From Octopus sinensis (lineage: Eukaryota): a stretch of 64,000 nucleotides of DNA. Below, piece by piece: positions 12,873 through 26,977 of the stretch. Below the pieces are notes generated by a model. That model was not told where the DNA came from. It did no database searches and worked only from the letters and a program-made list of their open reading frames with translations. Position 1 is the first letter of the stretch. Every line of letters starts with the position of its first letter. The translations under genes and the position numbers were made by a program. Where the stretch lies: NCBI RefSeq assembly GCF_006345805.1, contig NC_042997.1:182528001-182592000 (forward strand), given 5' to 3'.

Positions 12873-15800
12873 CCAACCAAGTGTGTAATGTTGTCAAAAG
12901 AGAAAACAGTGGTTTGGATGTGGGGTGAATAACATTGAGAATTGAAGAAAGGCATTGAAATGATTCAAAGACTTAGGATAAAAAATATAAGGTGATATAA
13001 ACATAACCAAAATCAAACATTTAAGATATAAGTGGACAGCCGGGTTAATGATGATTTACTTTTTTCTTTAATGAAACAATTACTACATTATATCAGATAT
13101 TTATAAGAAAAATTATAACTTAGTTTATGTACTACTTCTTTAAGAGTCTTAATACATTTTTTACCCTTTTTCATTTTTGGTTAAAATGTGTTTGTCACAA
13201 GCTTAAGTTTTAATCTTGAACATTTCATTTTGTAAACAAACTATTCATATTACTATCTCAATTATTATTCACATATACTGGGCTAAATTTTTCATTTTGC
13301 TCAAATACAATTATCTGTACATATATCATCCCAGAAGACTTTTTTGTTTACCAGTTTTTACATATGTAAATGCTAGTAATCATGTTCATTTTGAGGTCAC
13401 ATTGTTTACTAATTGATGCTATTGTTGTCTATTAAATCATCCTTGATCTACCTATAATTTGTAATATGACCTTGTTACAAGAACATTTGACTTGTATTTT
13501 CAGTTTGTTTTCATCCAATTTCCTTTAAAACTAAACTGATAGGCTACATAAAACTGATATATATTCATAGACAAAAAGGATAAATAAAATTCAATGCTAT
13601 CATGTCTTAATCCAACAGTTCAAAATTTAACATATATAAACAATATAATAATATAAGATGAAATTTTAGACTTTGGAGTACATTTCAGAGGAAAATGCAA
13701 TGTCTTTCTAAGCCCAGTTGGAAATCATGTTAAATGATATTAATATATCACAAAGAAATGGCTCTGGAGTTTTGTTAGCCAGGTATCAATACATTAAGCT
13801 ATATTTGTTGAACCCCATTAATAAATAGTTTAATAAATTCACTCTTTAAGTAATATTCATTAAGAATTGTTCTCTGTTTTGTTTGTTTTCTATGACTTTT
13901 TAATTACTAGAAACATTTGTGAAATTATTTGGATGACACTCTTTATATTATGGGAATGTTAAGTGTTTTGTATTCTAAAAGTAAAGAATGAAATATTTAA
14001 AGGTTTCTGGTATTTATAAAATTTCTTAACTGTTTATCCATCTAATTCTTATTTTAAATTCAATCTAAAGGTCTATCCTATAGATTTTTATTCTGTATTA
14101 GACTACCTTTTAAATTTTAAAATTGTTTTTGCCCACATAATGCAAAACCTTTAAATAAAGTAGTTCTCTCAAAATTCTAAATTATTCATCTATTTTGGAA
14201 AATAAATATTTAGTACACATACAATTCAACAGCAGTTTCTTTGGCTATTGACAAAGGAACTTATCTTGGAAAAGTAACTATTAATCCATAGTCAAAATAT
14301 TGATTTCTTATATTGGCTCAAGGACACAAACTTATAGGGGAGAGTATAGTTGCTAAATCAGCTATATTATTAATAATTATTTTAGGATCTCTGGAGGGAG
14401 AAAAGGCAAAGTTAACCCCAACATGATATGAAATTCAAAAGTCAAAATTTTAGCAATGCTGTAAAGAAGTGGAATCCCTGCTGAAGACATTTGTAATATG
14501 TGTTACAATAAATGTTCCTCCTCCCACTTTTTGTCATAGTGATTGGCAACTGTAAAATACTTTCTTACAACTAATATCCTGAGAACTAAGATGTTCAGTC
14601 TGTCCCTAAGATATAATGTCAGCCTCGTAAATAGGACTAGCACTTTCTGGTCTACTATTACATACATTAAGAATGATGTGGAATAGGAAAATCCTGCATG
14701 TTTAGTCATTACTCCTTTCTTTGCAGCATAGCATAGCAAATTTGAATGCTGGGACCTTGTGAACTAGATCTTGGCAAGTAATTGATACCATAGAATGTAG
14801 ACATGTAGATATATGTTGCATGCAAGCACAGAGATGAAAATTAGTGCATCTGTAAGAATGATCACAAAATACATGTTAAGGTCTAAGCTGCGAACATTGG
14901 AACTGAGAGAGTTGCTATACTTTTTGCGAGAAGTTGAACTGGAAAGGTGTTAGAATATAAGTAAATGACAAATTTAAAGGTAGATGAGCAGTTATGTTTG
15001 TTTGAGGAAGCAATATAAGCTGAACTAGCTCACAAATTATTGCATATTCTATTAATTTGTTATCTTACAAATATAAAAAAGATTAACCAAACATGGAAGA
15101 CCTTTTGGGGGAGGGGGATTTTTTTTTTTACTTAAAGGTGGTATAATAAACTTTAATGTAAATTGGATAACATTGGTAAGTTACTGAGAAGCCTAATATT
15201 ATCGTTGTTGACTTAACCTTTCAGTAAACAGTGTTGGATATACGGTCAACTCTGTCATTTAAAGAACACTTCTTTGCTAGATGAAAGTTAACCAGCAACA
15301 AAAATATATTTACCAAGCTGTCCTTAAATATCTCATTGCAAAGTACTCAAATAACAATGACATTTGATAAAAGATGGACTTGACTAGAAATATAGGATTG
15401 TCATCAACAGAGATGAGTAATAATAGTATCATATCAACCTCTTTAGGAAAGCAAGGACTGCAAACTCAGATGATGTAGACATTTTGATGCAAAATATTGT
15501 ATGCTATAAAAATTTGAATACATAATTAATTATCCCAGTTGAATATATAATTAATCTTCAATGTAGCACTGAAATTGTAAGATATTTGTATGTTTTAAAA
15601 GTTCCTTTTATATTAAAGATTCATTGATAAAAGCTTGTTAACAAGCTTTTATCAGTTATATACTACAAGTAAAATGTATTGTATTCTTCTCATTTAGCCA
15701 GTTAAATATTCAGAAAAGTTACAGTTATTCTTAAAAGTATTTGAAATCACAAACCACCTTATGAAATAGAAAAGAAAGGAAAGTGCATAAGACTCCTAAA

Positions 15801-16427
15801 AGCATAGAAAGTCTTGTGAAATATGCTAGATGGGGAACAGATATTGTAACCAAAAGGTTACTGATATTCTAAGCATGTCCTTTGAAAATAAATCAGTCAT
15901 ACAGATCAAATCAACATTTGTATACAAGAAAATCAATAAATTAAAAAACAGATCATTGTTGAATAAAAACCTTTTTAAGTATTTTATTGTTGTTCTTGTT
16001 TAACAAATAGCAAGTTAACTCTGACACTCAAAAGCATTTCAGTATGAATTTTTTTCTTTTAACAAAGTGTATCTAGGACAATATTTTCTAGTGTTCCCTA
16101 CCTTTTATAAGATAGTAGGATGATAAGCAGAGCAACTGACTGCTTAGAAACTTATTCAAAATTGTTTAAATTATTTATATATAGAAACAATGCACTTTGA
16201 AGGTAATTGGAGTATCCTGTCTGTCATAGATGTGTTAGACATTTCACAAGAGTTTAAATGTTACTAGATGGTTATTGAATTATATTAAATTTACAGGAAA
16301 TATCCAAATGCAAGTGGGTATTTTTAACTACTTTGAAATACGATTTGTGCAGTTTCACAAGCTTGCAAAATTACAATCAGTTTAGAAATCAGAAGTATTT
16401 TAAAATACATTGTAGTTGTGAACCCTC

Positions 16428-16742
16428 ATGCTGGTGGCATGTAAAAAGCACCATTCGAACGTAGCCGATGCCAGCGCCGCCTTGACTGGCTTCTGTGTTG
16501 GTGGCACATAAAAAGCACCAACCAATCGGGGTTGTTGCCAGCCCCTTCTGGCCCCCGTGCTGGTGGCACGTAAAAAGCACCCACTACACTCTCGGAGTAG
16601 TTAGTGTTAGGAAGGGCATCCAGCTGTAGAAACACTGCCAGATCAGACTGGAGCCTGGAGCAGCCTCCTGGCTTCCCAGACCCCAGTCTAACCATCCAAA
16701 CCATGCCAGCATGGAAAACGGACGTTAAACAATGATGATGAT
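16428..16742 (+). mobile_element. Family A SINE copy with three array units
   Basis: Cores GGTGGCA(T/C)(G/A)TAAAAAGCACC at about 16433, 16500 and 16562; tail GGACGTTAAACAATGATGATGAT. Confidence 0.85.
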
Positions 16743-19700
16743 TGTACAATAATAAAATGTTTTATTTACTAAAACATAGAAAAATTCTTTGTAGGTAATG
16801 TGTTTGCATGCATTTCTGAGTAACTATAAGGTACTCCCAAACTACATACAATGAGTACAGTTGTAATGATGGAATAATTTTTTTGAGATCATTGGTTTAG
16901 AGTTTCATTGAATTAGAAAAAATTGTTTTAAAATGCCTATTCATTCAAGCAATAAATAAATTAGAAAGGTGTATTTTTGACATATTTCTGAAAATAATTA
17001 TATCAAATAATGCTAATTTGACTCCTCTAACCTATTCTATCATGGAAAATAATTATAAAAAGTAGGATAATCAAATATAATAGATAGAATTAACATATTT
17101 TGTAAATCACTTGTCCAAAATTTATTCTATCCCTATATCAATTATTGTTTTTAAAGTATTCTCTTCATATTCATCACATTTAGTCAGTCAAGTATATATT
17201 TTTAAAAACTATAATCTTAAGAATTGCTGTTTCCTGTTAAAGTTTATTATCTATATTTATTTTTATCGGAGAATTCAGATCATCACACTCTAGTTGGGTA
17301 GATTTTGCAATTAAAGAACAAAACATACATACACACACACACACATATTAAGTAGCTCATATTTTGAAGTCAGCTATGAAGTAAGTGATACAAATAATAC
17401 AGCTACAAAACATTTTTCAAATGTTTTCTGTTTATAAAATGCTGAAGAAAAACTCACTGTTGCATCACTTACCTACATAAAGTCTACATAAGTTTATAGT
17501 GTTGTTGCCTAAATTTAGAAAAGAAAAAAAATGTTAAACTGCATTAAACCTGGAAGCAATTACTCAACCCGTCTAACTTGTGGGGTTAAGGTAATGTGGG
17601 AGGGAGTTCTTTTAAAATCTTTTTTTCTATTTTGAATACAAATTCTATTTCTCTGGAAATTCATTTCTAACATCATATCTAAATATGGTAAAATGACTTC
17701 AAATTTTTACTAAGATCAATGTTCTGTATTTAACTTCATGGTTCTATGTTTTAAAAGCTGTTGTGGATTTTTTTTTTTTTTGTCTTTGCACAAAATTGAA
17801 GAGAAATGAATAGCGATTTGAATAGATTTCTTTGGAAATAGCAAATTGTAAGGCAGAAAAGCAGCGTTCAACATGAATTTGTAGGTGAGATCTAGAATTG
17901 AATTAGTATATATACTTTTTAATTGTGGCTCAAACATTTAAATTTTGAATAGAGTTAGCTACTATTGAAACATTTTTAACCATTTAAGAATGTTGCTCTT
18001 AATAAAGAAATAATTTATATGTAGTAGTAGAATAGGAAAAATCTAGAATCCAAGATAGAAGTGAGGATCTGTGTCAGTCATAGTTATTTGATAGAAGAGT
18101 TCATAGAAGAGACAGATAAGTTTAGTTGACATGAGCAAGTACTGGATCTAATTTTTTTTTGTGTTTTGTTTTTTGCAAAACTGCTTTGTGAATCTTTTGA
18201 GTGACATCAATAAATTTTTATACCATAATTTATTAATGAGTGCTGAACAAGTGTTACAATTTACCACGCTTTGTATGTTGTTTAGATTTCTGTTGACTGG
18301 TTGAATGTTGATGCTCCAAATCATCCCTGATTAAGGCATTCAAATCATGTTCAGCCTTTTTTTCTTTTCCTGGCATAATGTATCTAGAATTGCATTATCC
18401 AATGTGTGTGTTCTTAACATGTTATGGTGTGATTATAGAGAGATTTGGCTGCTAATTATTGTAGGTTGACCAACCACATGAAAATTCCCTTGTTGACTTG
18501 TTCTTGTTGATTGATTATAATTATTAGGTGTAGTGGTTTATTGTATGACATAGTGATAGGCCAATAGCTTCTGTTAAGTGTAGAGTTGTGAGGATGCTTT
18601 TATCTTGTCAAAAGACATACCAATCTCTCTAGTTCTACTACCGTTTCAAAAAAATGTGAAATGGTTGCCATAGAAATCAAGTAAAAAAAATTGTGGGTAA
18701 AACATGATTCCTCAACACATATAAGAGAGCAGAATTGACCTGTCCAACACATGCTAGCATGGAAAACATGTGGAACAATGATGTTGACGATCATCATTGA
18801 AAGGGCATATCAATATCCACAATACCTTTAGGAACAAGCAAAACAACCATACTTGAGAAACTAATGTCTCCTCTAAGCTCTCTATAAATACTTGATAATT
18901 GCTCACCACTTAGCCTCATGATACATCCTCAAGCAAATTGTAATAAAACTTCTTTGGATATCAGGTTATGTTCTGAAGGCCTAAAGCTAATGTATTTGTA
19001 ATGTGTATGGCATCAATTGTCATTGTGGTAATATCGCATAACATTACTTGACAACCATATTGTTCATTTCCTGATTGTTACTGTTGTTGATTAGCTCCTG
19101 ATCAGACCAGATTGAGCAAACATATGATCAAAGATCAAAAACATACCAACCACGACCATCTCATCATTCTTTTAGAGGTATGTAAGACTATAGTGTCCAA
19201 TACACCCTTCCCTTTCTTAAAAAGGTAGGATGGTTTTTTTTGAGGGAATTTGGTTGTTGTATCTAACCAGTCATATAACCATGTAATGGCTTCTTTGTTG
19301 GTTCTTAAAGTTATTGATTGTTTGCATGAGTAAAGAAAGTACACATTTTCTTTATTTTGTGAGTGGTCAAATAATAGCAATATTCTTAAGACTCTTTTTA
19401 ATTTATATGTATATAAATACACGCACACACCAAGCTGAGAAGGAAATCTGACTTGAAACTTTTGCTTTTCTTTTTTTCTCTCACTTTTTTTTTTATCATA
19501 CTCATGATTAAAAGCGATCTAGGTTATAAGTATGCAAAAGCAATCCAGACAGATTTGTCTAAATCAATGCTAGCATTAAGACACAATTGTTGTGGTTGAT
19601 AATAAATCAGCCAATAAATATGCCTTAGGCTTTCTTTAGAAAACTGGAGTTGCTAAAGTTATAATTAAATTAAAATTTTAATTCCAAACTAATTTTAGAA

Positions 19701-20849
19701 ACAGTATGCAAGGATGTTTTTTATAACCTATATTTTGTATATTTGCATGGATTAATTTAAAAATCATCAAATCTCTTTTCAAATTTCCTTTTATGAAACA
19801 AACTTTTTTTGTAATATCTTTTGTAATTTATTAAAGCTTATGACTGTGTGAAAAAAAATCTCTCGAAGAAGGTAGGGGTGCTTGCAAATTATTAGTGGAA
19901 ATTTCTGATACCAAGTTGAAGTGTTAGTATTTTGTTTTTCTTTTTAACCATTAGTTACGGATTGAAAGCTGTTTTATTGTTTGCAGCTAAATTGTTCAAA
20001 ATCTATATTCTCACAAATTAAGAATTCATAGGACTGGTGCTGAGTTCTTGTTTCTGTAATACTAAATATAAATGATAATTTTCTTCCTGTTTAGGGTATG
20101 AGTTCATCACAGTTAACTCTTGCAAAAGCTCGCTATTATTTCTCCAAGCTGTACATCACTACCATCATTTTAATGTCCACTTTTCTATACTTGCATGGCT
20201 GAGATGAAACTTGTTGAGGCAGATTTTTCTGCAGTCAAATGTTCTTCTTGTTGCCAACCCTCATCAGTTTTCAAGTAAAGAGATTTTTCTCCTACTCATT
20301 CAGACTCGAACTGCTCAGTGGCCAGACATGTTTGTATGGAAGATTGTAAATAAATAAGTGCTTGCATAGCAGTGATATTTGTTTACAATCAGTGTGCTAT
20401 GTCAAGACAAGGAGACATGAGCACACACATGCACACATGTAAGCACACACACAGAGGCTTCTTTCAGTTCTTGTCTATGAAATCCATAAACAAGGCTGGG
20501 GCTATAATAGAAAACACTTGCCTGAGGTGCTGTGCAGTGACTCTCAACCAAGAATCACATGGTTGTGAAGAGAGCTTCTTAACCACAAAGCTATAACTGC
20601 TGCACTTTAACAAACTTCTTAAATACACAGCCATACCTGTACCTAGACAAATGGAGTCAAATAGAATGTAGTGTCTTTTCTAGAAACAGAAACTACGAAA
20701 GAAAAATATGTGCTGTTGTTATGAACTTGTGAACCTTAAGGTACTTGTGCTATTTTTTGCAGATGATCAATGTTCATAGTCTGCTTCAAGATATCAACCT
20801 ACCTCAAGTTTGTATATAGTGGTAGTGGTAGCAAAGTTGAGAGGAAGAT

Positions 20850-21560
20850 AATTCCAGGAAAATGCTGACATGAGGAAAAAGGATTGAGAAAAATTATCCA
20901 ATAGATGGTGTAGGGTATGAAACTTGGTCAAAGTTTTAAGTGGAAGAGAAGTAGGCAATCATATTAGGTTTGAGTGGAAATAGCCAGTTAATAGCAAGAG
21001 ACCACATTTTGTGTGTTGGTGAATAAGTAGTTAATTGTTGTGGGTTAACTTATAAGGATGGATAGATATTTGTTTTCTTTATTCTTGTGTATATGATGTG
21101 GGTGGTGATGCATTGTTCTAGTTGGACAAGTGTCACTTCACTATTGGAGTATACTTGTGCTAAGGGTCAGTAACCTTACAAAGGGTCTGAATGTGTTTCT
21201 GGTCCTGGAGAAAACATTGAGTCTTTATGACACACATTGAAGTACGTGCTATATATAGTTATCATAAAATACCATCAGAGATTATAAAGCCTGTTATTCA
21301 TAGTGTGAAAATTTTAGCTGTGTGTTCATGTGTAGGGAGTGTAGCGTCTGCATTTTGGTGCTCATGTTGGCATATCCCATTGCAGAATGCTATTGAGGTC
21401 ACTGCAGTGGTTTGCTTGTCTGATGAAAGGTATCAAGATAGCATGAAGATGAGGCCTATTCATAAAGGTTTAGAGAGGAGTAAAAATTGGTGTCATCTGC
21501 ATAGGAGTGTATTGAGGGGGATGGTCAGAGAAAAGCAGAAAGAGGGAGACAGCTTTTGCA
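20850..21560 (-). mobile_element. Decayed CR1/Jockey-type LINE ORF2 3' fragment
   Basis: Minus-strand translation near 21500 gives SIHSYADDTNFY and (D)LNSILQW, the non-LTR RT YADD motif. Downstream sequence is heavily disrupted. Confidence 0.7.
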
Positions 21561-21779
21561 ACAAGTGATATATTTTCTACACAGAAAAAAAACAAAAACA
21601 TCTGATTTCACTCAGTGGATATTTTTAAAATAAAGCTTAAGCAAAGTTGAGTTAGTAACGCCGTTGCATACTTATTATTCCTTTTATGATTAGCATTTTG
21701 ATTTAGTTAGACTACTTTATATATATATAAAGTAATCCTCTACACACTCTGTAGCTGTTAAAAATTCATTTATTTGCCA

Positions 21780-23400
21780 GATTTTTGGTCAGTTGTATAT
21801 TGATTACCCATGACAACAAATGTTTTTATTCCTAGCTGGCCACGTAAGTGATAGAGAAAATTGTGTCCCTCTCAATCCCATACACTATAAAATCTGATAA
21901 ATCAACTCCTAAATGGTTTATCCAAGGTTGTTTTGCTGCTGTACAAGAAAATACATTGCTTATAATACTTAGAGGAAAATATCCACTGACAACAACCATA
22001 TGGTACACATATGTAAGCACAATTTGTACAGTATGACCAGCTAGTAAGTAAAACATGCCTGTCTATAATGCATGGCTTCTACACTCTCTGATAAAGTGAA
22101 TGAATGCATTCTCTTATTGGGTTAGAAAAATTTTCAGTTTTGTTAAATCTTCCTTCCTACTACTTATCAACACAGATGACTCTTCAAGCTGTACTCCAGT
22201 AGCTAAAGTCAACAGTTACTTTAACTCCACCCTTTATGTATATATATATGTATATATATATATATATGTATGTATGTATAAGCAAAAATATTATTAATCT
22301 CTGAAACATCAGACTGGAGCCTGGTGCAGCCCCTGGCTTCCCAGACCCCGGTTGAACCGTTCAACCCATGCTAGCACGGAAAACGGACGTTAAACGATGA
22401 TGATGATTATGGTATTGAGTATTCTTTCAATGCTACATGTGTATATATGACTGTGTATATATATATATATACACATACATACACACACGCAAATATGCAC
22501 CATATTGCAGCTAGACTTCCTTTGCTTAACCTATCTTCTCTACTACCTATGTTCACAAAAACTAAATGCAATAAATTCTTTAATCTTTAAAATACAAATG
22601 GACCAAATAAACATTATTACTCTGAAACAACAGGTCCATGTCCTTCTCTAACTCTTTAATTTTGCTCTTTCTATTGATACATATCTCAAGATTTGAAAGC
22701 ATCTTTTCAAACTTGACAACTACCAGCCTTAATGTTCTTAAATTTTAACAGCTGATCTTATTTTTAAAGTAAGGGAGGTGTTCATAATCACTTTAAATCA
22801 AGGACTCCTTTGCAATAAGGCCACCTGGAGATCTACTTTTTGTTACTACATTGCTACTATGAAGTTTAGTAAAAGCAAAGTGTTGCCTTTGAGAAGACTA
22901 AAGTCTTTGAACATACCTTAAAGAAGACTTCTCAGTTAAAATTGTTCATGGTTGTATGCACTTCTTGAATCTAACCATCAGATTACCCCCATTGCAGTCC
23001 TTCCTCAGTACTCTGAGATACTCTGAGTTTTTAGTACCCTGTTAATATTCGCCTTTCTCTATTGTACTTATTCACAGTTATCTCAAGTTGTGCACACTAC
23101 GTTACACTCATGCTCAGATGATTTCATTGGTTTTGATTCATGTTACCCCAACCTCTCTCACAAAGAAATAAGTATCTCTCAAACATTTTGCAATTTTGAC
23201 CTCATAATTTGGTGTCCATTAGCAGTAACAAAACATCTCAAGAACACAAATTCATCACAATATATCTCTTCTACTCACAAATAATATACTACTTGAACAT
23301 GCCACTTCATACAAGTTCTTAGTTCATTAGACTCTCACAACCACTCGTGGAAACTATGCATCCTCTTCTTAGTAAGGACTATATCTCAAAAACTAGTTTC
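21780..23400 (+). mobile_element. Decayed CR1/Jockey-type LINE ORF2 fragment, interrupted by a SINE tail and microsatellite
   Basis: IPYTIKSDKSTPKWFIQGCFAAV (EN-RT linker PWF-like motif), LESNHQI near 22965, and a degenerate ADD-like motif near 23115. Confidence 0.55.
22308..22407 (+). mobile_element. 5'-truncated family A SINE 3' end
   Basis: ATCAGACTGGAGCCTGGTGCAGCC..AAACGGACGTTAAACGATGATGATGAT. Confidence 0.85.
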
Positions 23401-24245
23401 CATCTCTGGAGGCAAATCCTGTACAAAATACAAATGTCTACACTAGAATATTCCTAACATATTTGGGATGGCATGTAGACTTGATTTAACAAACAACTTC
23501 ACCCCTACACACACACACATTCAGTTCCCATCTACTAATTCTATGTCCAGCCAATTCCCATCAATCAGTTTCACTTACAAGGCATTCATTAGCCCAAGGC
23601 TATAGTAAAAGACACTTGACCAAGGTGCCATGCTGTTGGGTCAAACCCAAGATCATATAGTTGTGAAGTGAACTTCTTAACCACACTGATATGCCTACAT
23701 CTGAAAATAATTGGTAATCCTCTTATAGATCTCCTTCCAGACAGCTATCCACTTCAGAGAAGATGCACCATCATTCTTTCATTATCCTTGTTATTCATAG
23801 TTTTAAAGATACAAATGTGCCTTTCTTCTATAAGAAAATAAATGCATCTTTGAAAACAGGCATACAAATATTGGGTGTGAGAATATTCTGACCATAATGA
23901 ACTATTGAAAGCTTTACAGAACCAATTGCTTCAGGTGGACCAATTACAGATGGAATGATAAATACATTTCTTGCATGCCTTAATGTCTAATTTTTTTGAA
24001 AATGCACACCAATTTTATCTCAAAAGTTTAAAAAGAAAACATAAAATAAGGTTTCAGCTCTTTCAGTTACTTAGATGCTTTATGAACAGTTTAGTGGATA
24101 AATAGATCCTGTTTGCAATACCACCTCCTCTTTACAGTGTATAAACACAATGTTTAGTATAGATAACTATCTTTTGGAGATATAATTGGCTTATGAAAAA
24201 TGTAAAATTCATCCTCCAGGACATGCTAAATTTTTGAGACTTATT

Positions 24246-24539
24246 CATCATCATCATCATCGTTTAACATCCATTTTCCATACTAGCATGGGTTGGACGG
24301 TTCGACCGGGATCTGGGAAGCCAGAAGGCTGCACCTGGCTCCAGTCTGATCTGGCAGTGTTTCTACAGCTGAATGCCCTTCCTAACACCAACCACTCTGT
24401 GAGTGTAGTGGGTGCTTTTTACATGCCAGGCGAGGCTGGCAACGGCTACGATTGGATTGGTGCTTTTTACGTGCCACCAGCACGGAAGTCAGTTTAGGTG
24501 GCACTGGCATTGGCCACGTTCGGATGGTGCTTTTTACGT
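24246..24539 (-). mobile_element. Family A SINE copy with three array cores
   Basis: (CAT)n CGTTTAACATCC tail and three GGTGCTTTTTAC cores. Confidence 0.85.
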
Positions 24540-26344
24540 AGGAAGAAAAAAACATTCTCAATGGCAGGGATATATGATATATGTGTATGTGTATATATTC
24601 TAAAACTCCTTTATAACATGGATTTTGTTGAAGATTCATCTGTCAGTGCTAACTAATATGCCAGCATTAAAAGCAAATGTTCAATGATGATAATGACTGC
24701 TACTACTTCTTTTATAGATTTGTATGCTGTGAAGGTTTGAAATGTTTCTGAAAATTGTGCCATATTCCTTTTAAGCTGGCTTCATACTAGGCCTTTCTTA
24801 TTCTTCATCTCTCAAATATCTTTATAAGTCCAGTTATATATTAGTGTTGATTCCTCAACTATACACTCCACCCTACAAAATTAACCTATGTCTATTAAAA
24901 AAGTCATTATTTTACATTTATTCTCAGGAAAATGAGTGCTTTCATATATGGAGTTATATCAGCACCCTGCAGTTTTTATTTCAGCTACTCTATTTCATAG
25001 TAAGCTGTAAGGGTAGAGTACTATGTAAACACAGTTTACCAAAATACATTAGTAATCTTTAGAAAAAACAGATAATAATAAAAATATTAATATCAATATA
25101 GACAGTAGAGGAGCATGGTAATTACCAGAAAAGGGGAACTAGCAGAAGTTATGCATAGAATAGACTGGGGAAAAGTGATGAGAAGCAAACCAGACTAGTT
25201 GATATAAACAGCTTCTACAAAATATACAAATAAAAATTAAAGTAAAAAAAAATACTTTGATAATGTGGAGAATTTTTTTCTAAACTAAATACATTTAATT
25301 AGCAATATTTTTTGTACCTTTTTCTCTTAAGTTTATTTTCTTTTTTTGTGATTTACCTCTTATCTTGTTCCTATTTTGGTATGTAATTTCTGGTTGCAAG
25401 ATTTTACAATTAGATGTCCTTTCTGACATCAATCCCTGTGTTCAAGACTAAGAACTATCCATTAGTCATTTCTCTTTTCTTTTTTTTCTTTCTTCAACAC
25501 AAAAAAAAGCTGCTTCAATTATCTAAATTTCTTAATTATATGTAGGTGTGTTTGCACATGCATGCTGTATATGTACAAAGCATTATCTTTTAGATAAAAG
25601 TAAGTAGTAGCTATGAAACTAGTTTTTTCTCTGTAACAGTGAGAATACATAATTGAGTTAGAAAGCACAGTCAAAGATATTTCCTTCTGAGTTTGCTTTT
25701 ACGAAAAAGAAAGAAAAAAAAAAGAGATGTTATGTTGTATATAAATGAATAAATAAGTAAAAGTCGGTGAAACATTATTGAAATATCATCTATGAACCTA
25801 CAATGGAGCTAGGTTTCCTGTAACTCAAACGCTGAGTCCATTCAGTGCAGTGAGGCCAGTAACATCAGAGTTTCACAAGTGCTAAGTCTATTTTTCTGCT
25901 CAGAAATATTTAATATGAAAAATTTATACTGTTGAATTATGAGACTTAATATTGAATTCAAAATTAAGTATTCAATAATATTCCTGATATATCTAAGATG
26001 GCAGAAAGTAATGTTTCAACATTTTCAGTTTTATTGACTGTTATTACTCACAGATACTTTGTGGGTGAAATTATATTTCTACCTTAACTAATATTGCTTT
26101 ATGACTATTTTTACCTTTATACTTCCCTGAAATAAACCTACTTTTTAACAGGCTTAACTGGTTGTCTTTTACTGCTATATTTAGTCATAATTGTTTTATT
26201 TCTTTTTCTGTCATATTGTCTTCATTTGTCAGAAACATATGAAATAACATTATGCAATCAGGGGCCGTCTACTTGTTTTTACATTTTCTGTAGTTTAAGA
26301 TGCTTAAATGGTATTTCTTATTTTGTCCCACTTCTTTTTTTAAG

Positions 26345-26421
26345 CGGTTCGTGTTCAGACACCTGAAGTGTTGCAAGCAACACTTGAGAGATTTGATTCT
26401 GAAATAGCTATGTTAAACTAA
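26345..26421 (+). CDS. Probable terminal coding exon of an unidentified upstream gene (xVRVQTPEVLQATLERFDSEIAMLN*)
   Basis: Strong acceptor (TTCTTATTTTGTCCCACTTCTTTTTTTAAG), gene-like codon pattern, a TAA stop and non-repetitive UTR-like sequence downstream. The protein was not recognised and no upstream exons were securely linked. An alternative frame (RFVFRHLKCC..) is also open. Confidence 0.45.
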
Positions 26422-26977
26422 GCTTCATTCAGTTGTTATAACATAACAACAAATCTTATATCTAGAGATTGTACAAAGTAACTCATAATCTCTGATGGTG
26501 GTCCCACTGTCAAAAGTATTATCTCCTAACCACGAACATCACTATATTCTTTTGTACACCCACTGGTTGCACTCTTCACAGAGTGTTGAATTACTGCCTG
26601 TTCCTTTTTGACACAATCTTGTACACCCACACATGCTACCCTCCTGTTGTTTCTATAAGACTATTAATGTTATGACTATACGTACAGCAGAAGATTCAGC
26701 TATTTTTAATATTTTTGTTTTTCTCTGAATATATTTTTTTTCTAAAAAGGAATGAGGTTTATGTTATGACAGCTTGTGTGTGTGTGTAACAACAAAGTTT
26801 AACTTTTAAACTGTCCAAAAGATTTAGATACTTTAATTACCATTGTTAAATTTTTTTTTATTAAAGAAACAGCCATGTGCAGAATGGAAGAAAATAGCTC
26901 CAGCTTTTCAAATAAGAAAGCTAAGGGCAATAATTCTTAATAGTTAAAAATAATATTTAAACACTGACATAGTTAGC

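Noticed and set aside
16428-16600. CRISPR-like repeat/spacer appearance of the family A arrays
   Set aside because: The linkers are homologous between units and shared between dispersed copies, the arrays sit inside retroposons with (GAT)n tails, there are no cas genes and the context is eukaryotic.
18286-18330. Possible terminal exon ISVDWLNVDAPNHP*
   Set aside because: Too short to distinguish from chance and not linkable to other exons.
20762-20806. Possible 45-nt exon MINVHSLLQDINLPQ
   Set aside because: Good acceptor but weak donor (GTTTGT), phase-incompatible with the preferred frame of 26345, and it abuts LINE debris.
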